Of a DNA stretch of 32,000 nucleotides, positions 30,463 to 32,000 are shown one piece after another. A model generated the notes under the pieces. That model was not told the origin of the DNA and did no database searches. It was given only the letters and a program-made list of their open reading frames with translations. Made by a program: the position numbers and the translations under genes. The DNA is taken from contig JAQVDW010000014.1 of NCBI GenBank assembly GCA_028698185.1, positions 1 through 32,000 of the forward strand, in the 5' to 3' direction. Within the stretch, counting starts at the first letter, position 1, and each line of letters starts with the position of its first letter. This DNA comes from Erysipelotrichaceae bacterium. GTDB taxonomy: Bacteria; Bacillota_I; Bacilli_A; Erysipelotrichales; Coprobacillaceae.

Positions 30463-30618
30463 AGGTTACTGGATAGCCGGATGAAGATAAGAAATTATTT
30501 TGATTTTAAGAAGAAAAATTCAAACGGCCATCAGCCTTTCAAAACTGGCGCCAATCGCCGCAAATATAAACATGTCGTGCCTGAATAACAGGGCAGACCA
30601 AGGGAGTTTTCAAACCAG

Positions 30619-31377
30619 ATGAAAGATGTGGAAATTTCAGTTATCATGCCGGCTTACAATGCCGGAAAATATATAAAAGAGGCTATTTCAAGCGTGATTG
30701 ACCAGACCGGTGGCTATGCGACCGAGACAATCGTGGTCAATGACAACTCGTCAGATGACACCAGGGCCATTGTGGAAAGCGTGCAGCGGGATTATCCCGA
30801 TAGCTCCATCGTCCTGATCAACAACGAGTGCAATCTGGGCGCTGGCGGTTCGCGCAATCTGGCAATCGCCCGGGCCAAAGGCAAGTATGTCGCATTTTTG
30901 GACAGCGACGATTACTGGTCGACCGACAAACTGGCCCGACAGATGCCCTTGTTTGAAAATTGCGGGGCCGAGTTCGCCTATGGTGCGCGCAGCCTGATCG
31001 ATCCGGATGGAAAACCGGTCAAGGCTATCATTCCCGTACCCTTAAAAGTCGGTTACAATCAGCTGTTAAGGACCAATGTCATTCCCTGTGGCAGCGTCAT
31101 TGTCAAAAAGGACATCCTGCCAGATCCGCCCTTTGTGCGCGACGACATCCACGAGGATTACATCCTGTGGCTAAGGCTCCTGCAACCGGGCAGAATTGCC
31201 TATGGCATCAATGAGCCGTTGCTTTATTCCCGCCTGGCTCCCGGGGGCAAATCGCGCAACAAATTGAAATCGGCCTGGATGAATTATCAGGTGTATCGCC
31301 ATTTTGAAATTCCGGTATGCAAGGCCCTGGTTTTGATGATATCCTACGCCATTGCGGGATTTAAAAAATATAAATAA
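30619..31377 (+). CDS. Family 2 glycosyltransferase (GT-A fold)
   Basis: 'ISVIMPAYNAGKYIKEAISSVIDQT', 'VVNDNSSDDT' and the DxD motif 'FLDSDDYW'. 252 aa. Confidence 0.85.
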   Translation: MKDVEISVIMPAYNAGKYIKEAISSVIDQTGGYATETIVVNDNSSDDTRAIVESVQRDYPDSSIVLINNECNLGAGGSRNLAIARAKGKYVAFLDSDDYWSTDKLARQMPLFENCGAEFAYGARSLIDPDGKPVKAIIPVPLKVGYNQLLRTNVIPCGSVIVKKDILPDPPFVRDDIHEDYILWLRLLQPGRIAYGINEPLLYSRLAPGGKSRNKLKSAWMNYQVYRHFEIPVCKALVLMISYAIAGFKKYK

Positions 31378-31380
31378 ATA

Positions 31381-31427
31381 AAATAGAAATCAATCTCAAT
31401 TTCTATTTAACTTGAATTATTCAAGTT
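31381..31427. repeat. Two adjacent perfect AT-rich hairpins (inverted repeats)
   Basis: AAATAGAAAT (31381-31390) pairs with ATTTCTATTT (31399-31408) around an 8-nt loop. It is followed immediately by AACTTGAA (31409-31416) pairing with TTCAAGTT (31420-31427) around a 3-nt loop. Confidence 0.6.
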
Positions 31428-31444
31428 GGAAAAGTGAGGAATTT

Positions 31445-32000
31445 ATGGATAAACCTAGAATCAAGGAACGTTATAAACATTTAGTCAACCTCTTTGCGAA
31501 TATTGTTTTGGTCGCAGTTGAAAGCTTCGCTTTCGCCTACAGCTGGCATCACCATTATTCAATAGCTTTGGAGAACCCTTATTTCAAAAACGGGGATATT
31601 TTGGTCGTGTTGTTTTACATGCTCATAATGTTTTTTGTGACCAACACTTTCAACGGTTACCGGATTTCCTATCAACGGACTCTGGACCTTTGCATCACCC
31701 ATATCGTGGCGATCGTGACAACAAATGTGCTGGCTTTTGGCCTTATCTCACTGATTGCGCGGGGTCTGGTTTTCCCAACTTCCCTGTACAAGGTGGCCTC
31801 TTTCCAGGTCGCCTTTGTGGTGCCTTGGATAATTTTAGTTAGATACGTCTACAAATCACTCTACCCGCCCCGCGAGCTGTTTTTCATTTACGGCGACCGG
31901 GCGCCGGTGGAGCTTATCAACAAGTTCAAAAGCCGCGATGACAAGTTCGAGATAATCGGGGCCATGAAATACACGACTTACAGCCGCCGCTTGTATCAGG
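31445..32000 (+). CDS. Polyprenyl-phosphate glycosylphosphotransferase (WbaP/WcaJ/CpsE-like priming enzyme), N-terminal part (3' end outside window)
   Basis: I translated this myself, because the ORF has no stop in the window and so is absent from the track: MDKPRIKERYKHLVNLFANIVLVAVESFAFAY... It has 4 TM helices followed by 'ELFFIYGDRAPVELINKF...FEIIGAM', the layout of the N-terminal TM plus CoA-binding-like region of large priming transferases. AGGA lies 4 nt before ATG 31445. Confidence 0.6.
   Translation, partial: MDKPRIKERYKHLVNLFANIVLVAVESFAFAYSWHHHYSIALENPYFKNGDILVVLFYMLIMFFVTNTFNGYRISYQRTLDLCITHIVAIVTTNVLAFGLISLIARGLVFPTSLYKVASFQVAFVVPWIILVRYVYKSLYPPRELFFIYGDRAPVELINKFKSRDDKFEIIGAMKYTTYSRRLYQ

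Noticed and set aside
30481-30588. 35-aa very basic ORF (MKIRNYFDFKKKNSNGHQPFKTGANRRKYKHVVPE) in the leader of the GT2 gene
   Set aside because: It has no convincing SD, and its composition is typical of an AT-rich non-coding frame. A leader peptide cannot be excluded but is unsupported.

Overview
The window looks like a chromosomal segment from a moderate-GC Gram-positive (Bacillota-like) genome: genes have SD-type ribosome-binding sites, many extended -10 (TGn) promoters and frequent intrinsic terminators. I saw no tRNA, rRNA, CRISPR array, transposase or integrase. There are four blocks. (1) 1-12.5 kb holds carbohydrate uptake and housekeeping genes: a partial PTS EIIC plus a cytoplasmic Cys-type sulfatase, a split ChrA pair with a divergent LysR regulator, adenine deaminase, a second EIIC with a small ORF, an RpiR regulator and a GH1 6-phospho-beta-glucosidase, an AEC transporter, and an M29 aminopeptidase. 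(2) 12.6-18.3 kb is the most unusual part. It has no enzymes or transporters. It contains a stand-alone 559-aa TPR protein, divergent from three tandem paralogous XRE-HTH proteins that share an unrecognised C-terminal domain, followed by a strong orphan promoter driving only micro-ORFs. I cannot assign this arrangement to any described system. A split RNPP-like peptide-signalling module is one speculative reading. (3) 18.4-20.5 kb holds an alpha/beta-hydrolase and an AraC regulator. (4) 20.7-32 kb is a polysaccharide locus: GT, Wzx, rmlACBD, then manC and an 895-aa in-frame fusion of a PgcA-type phosphomannomutase/phosphoglucomutase to a GDP-mannose 4,6-dehydratase-like domain, then a GT2 and the 5' part of a priming glycosylphosphotransferase. 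The dehydratase-like domain appears to have its catalytic Glu replaced. All functional calls come from motif and family recognition by eye. No database search was possible.
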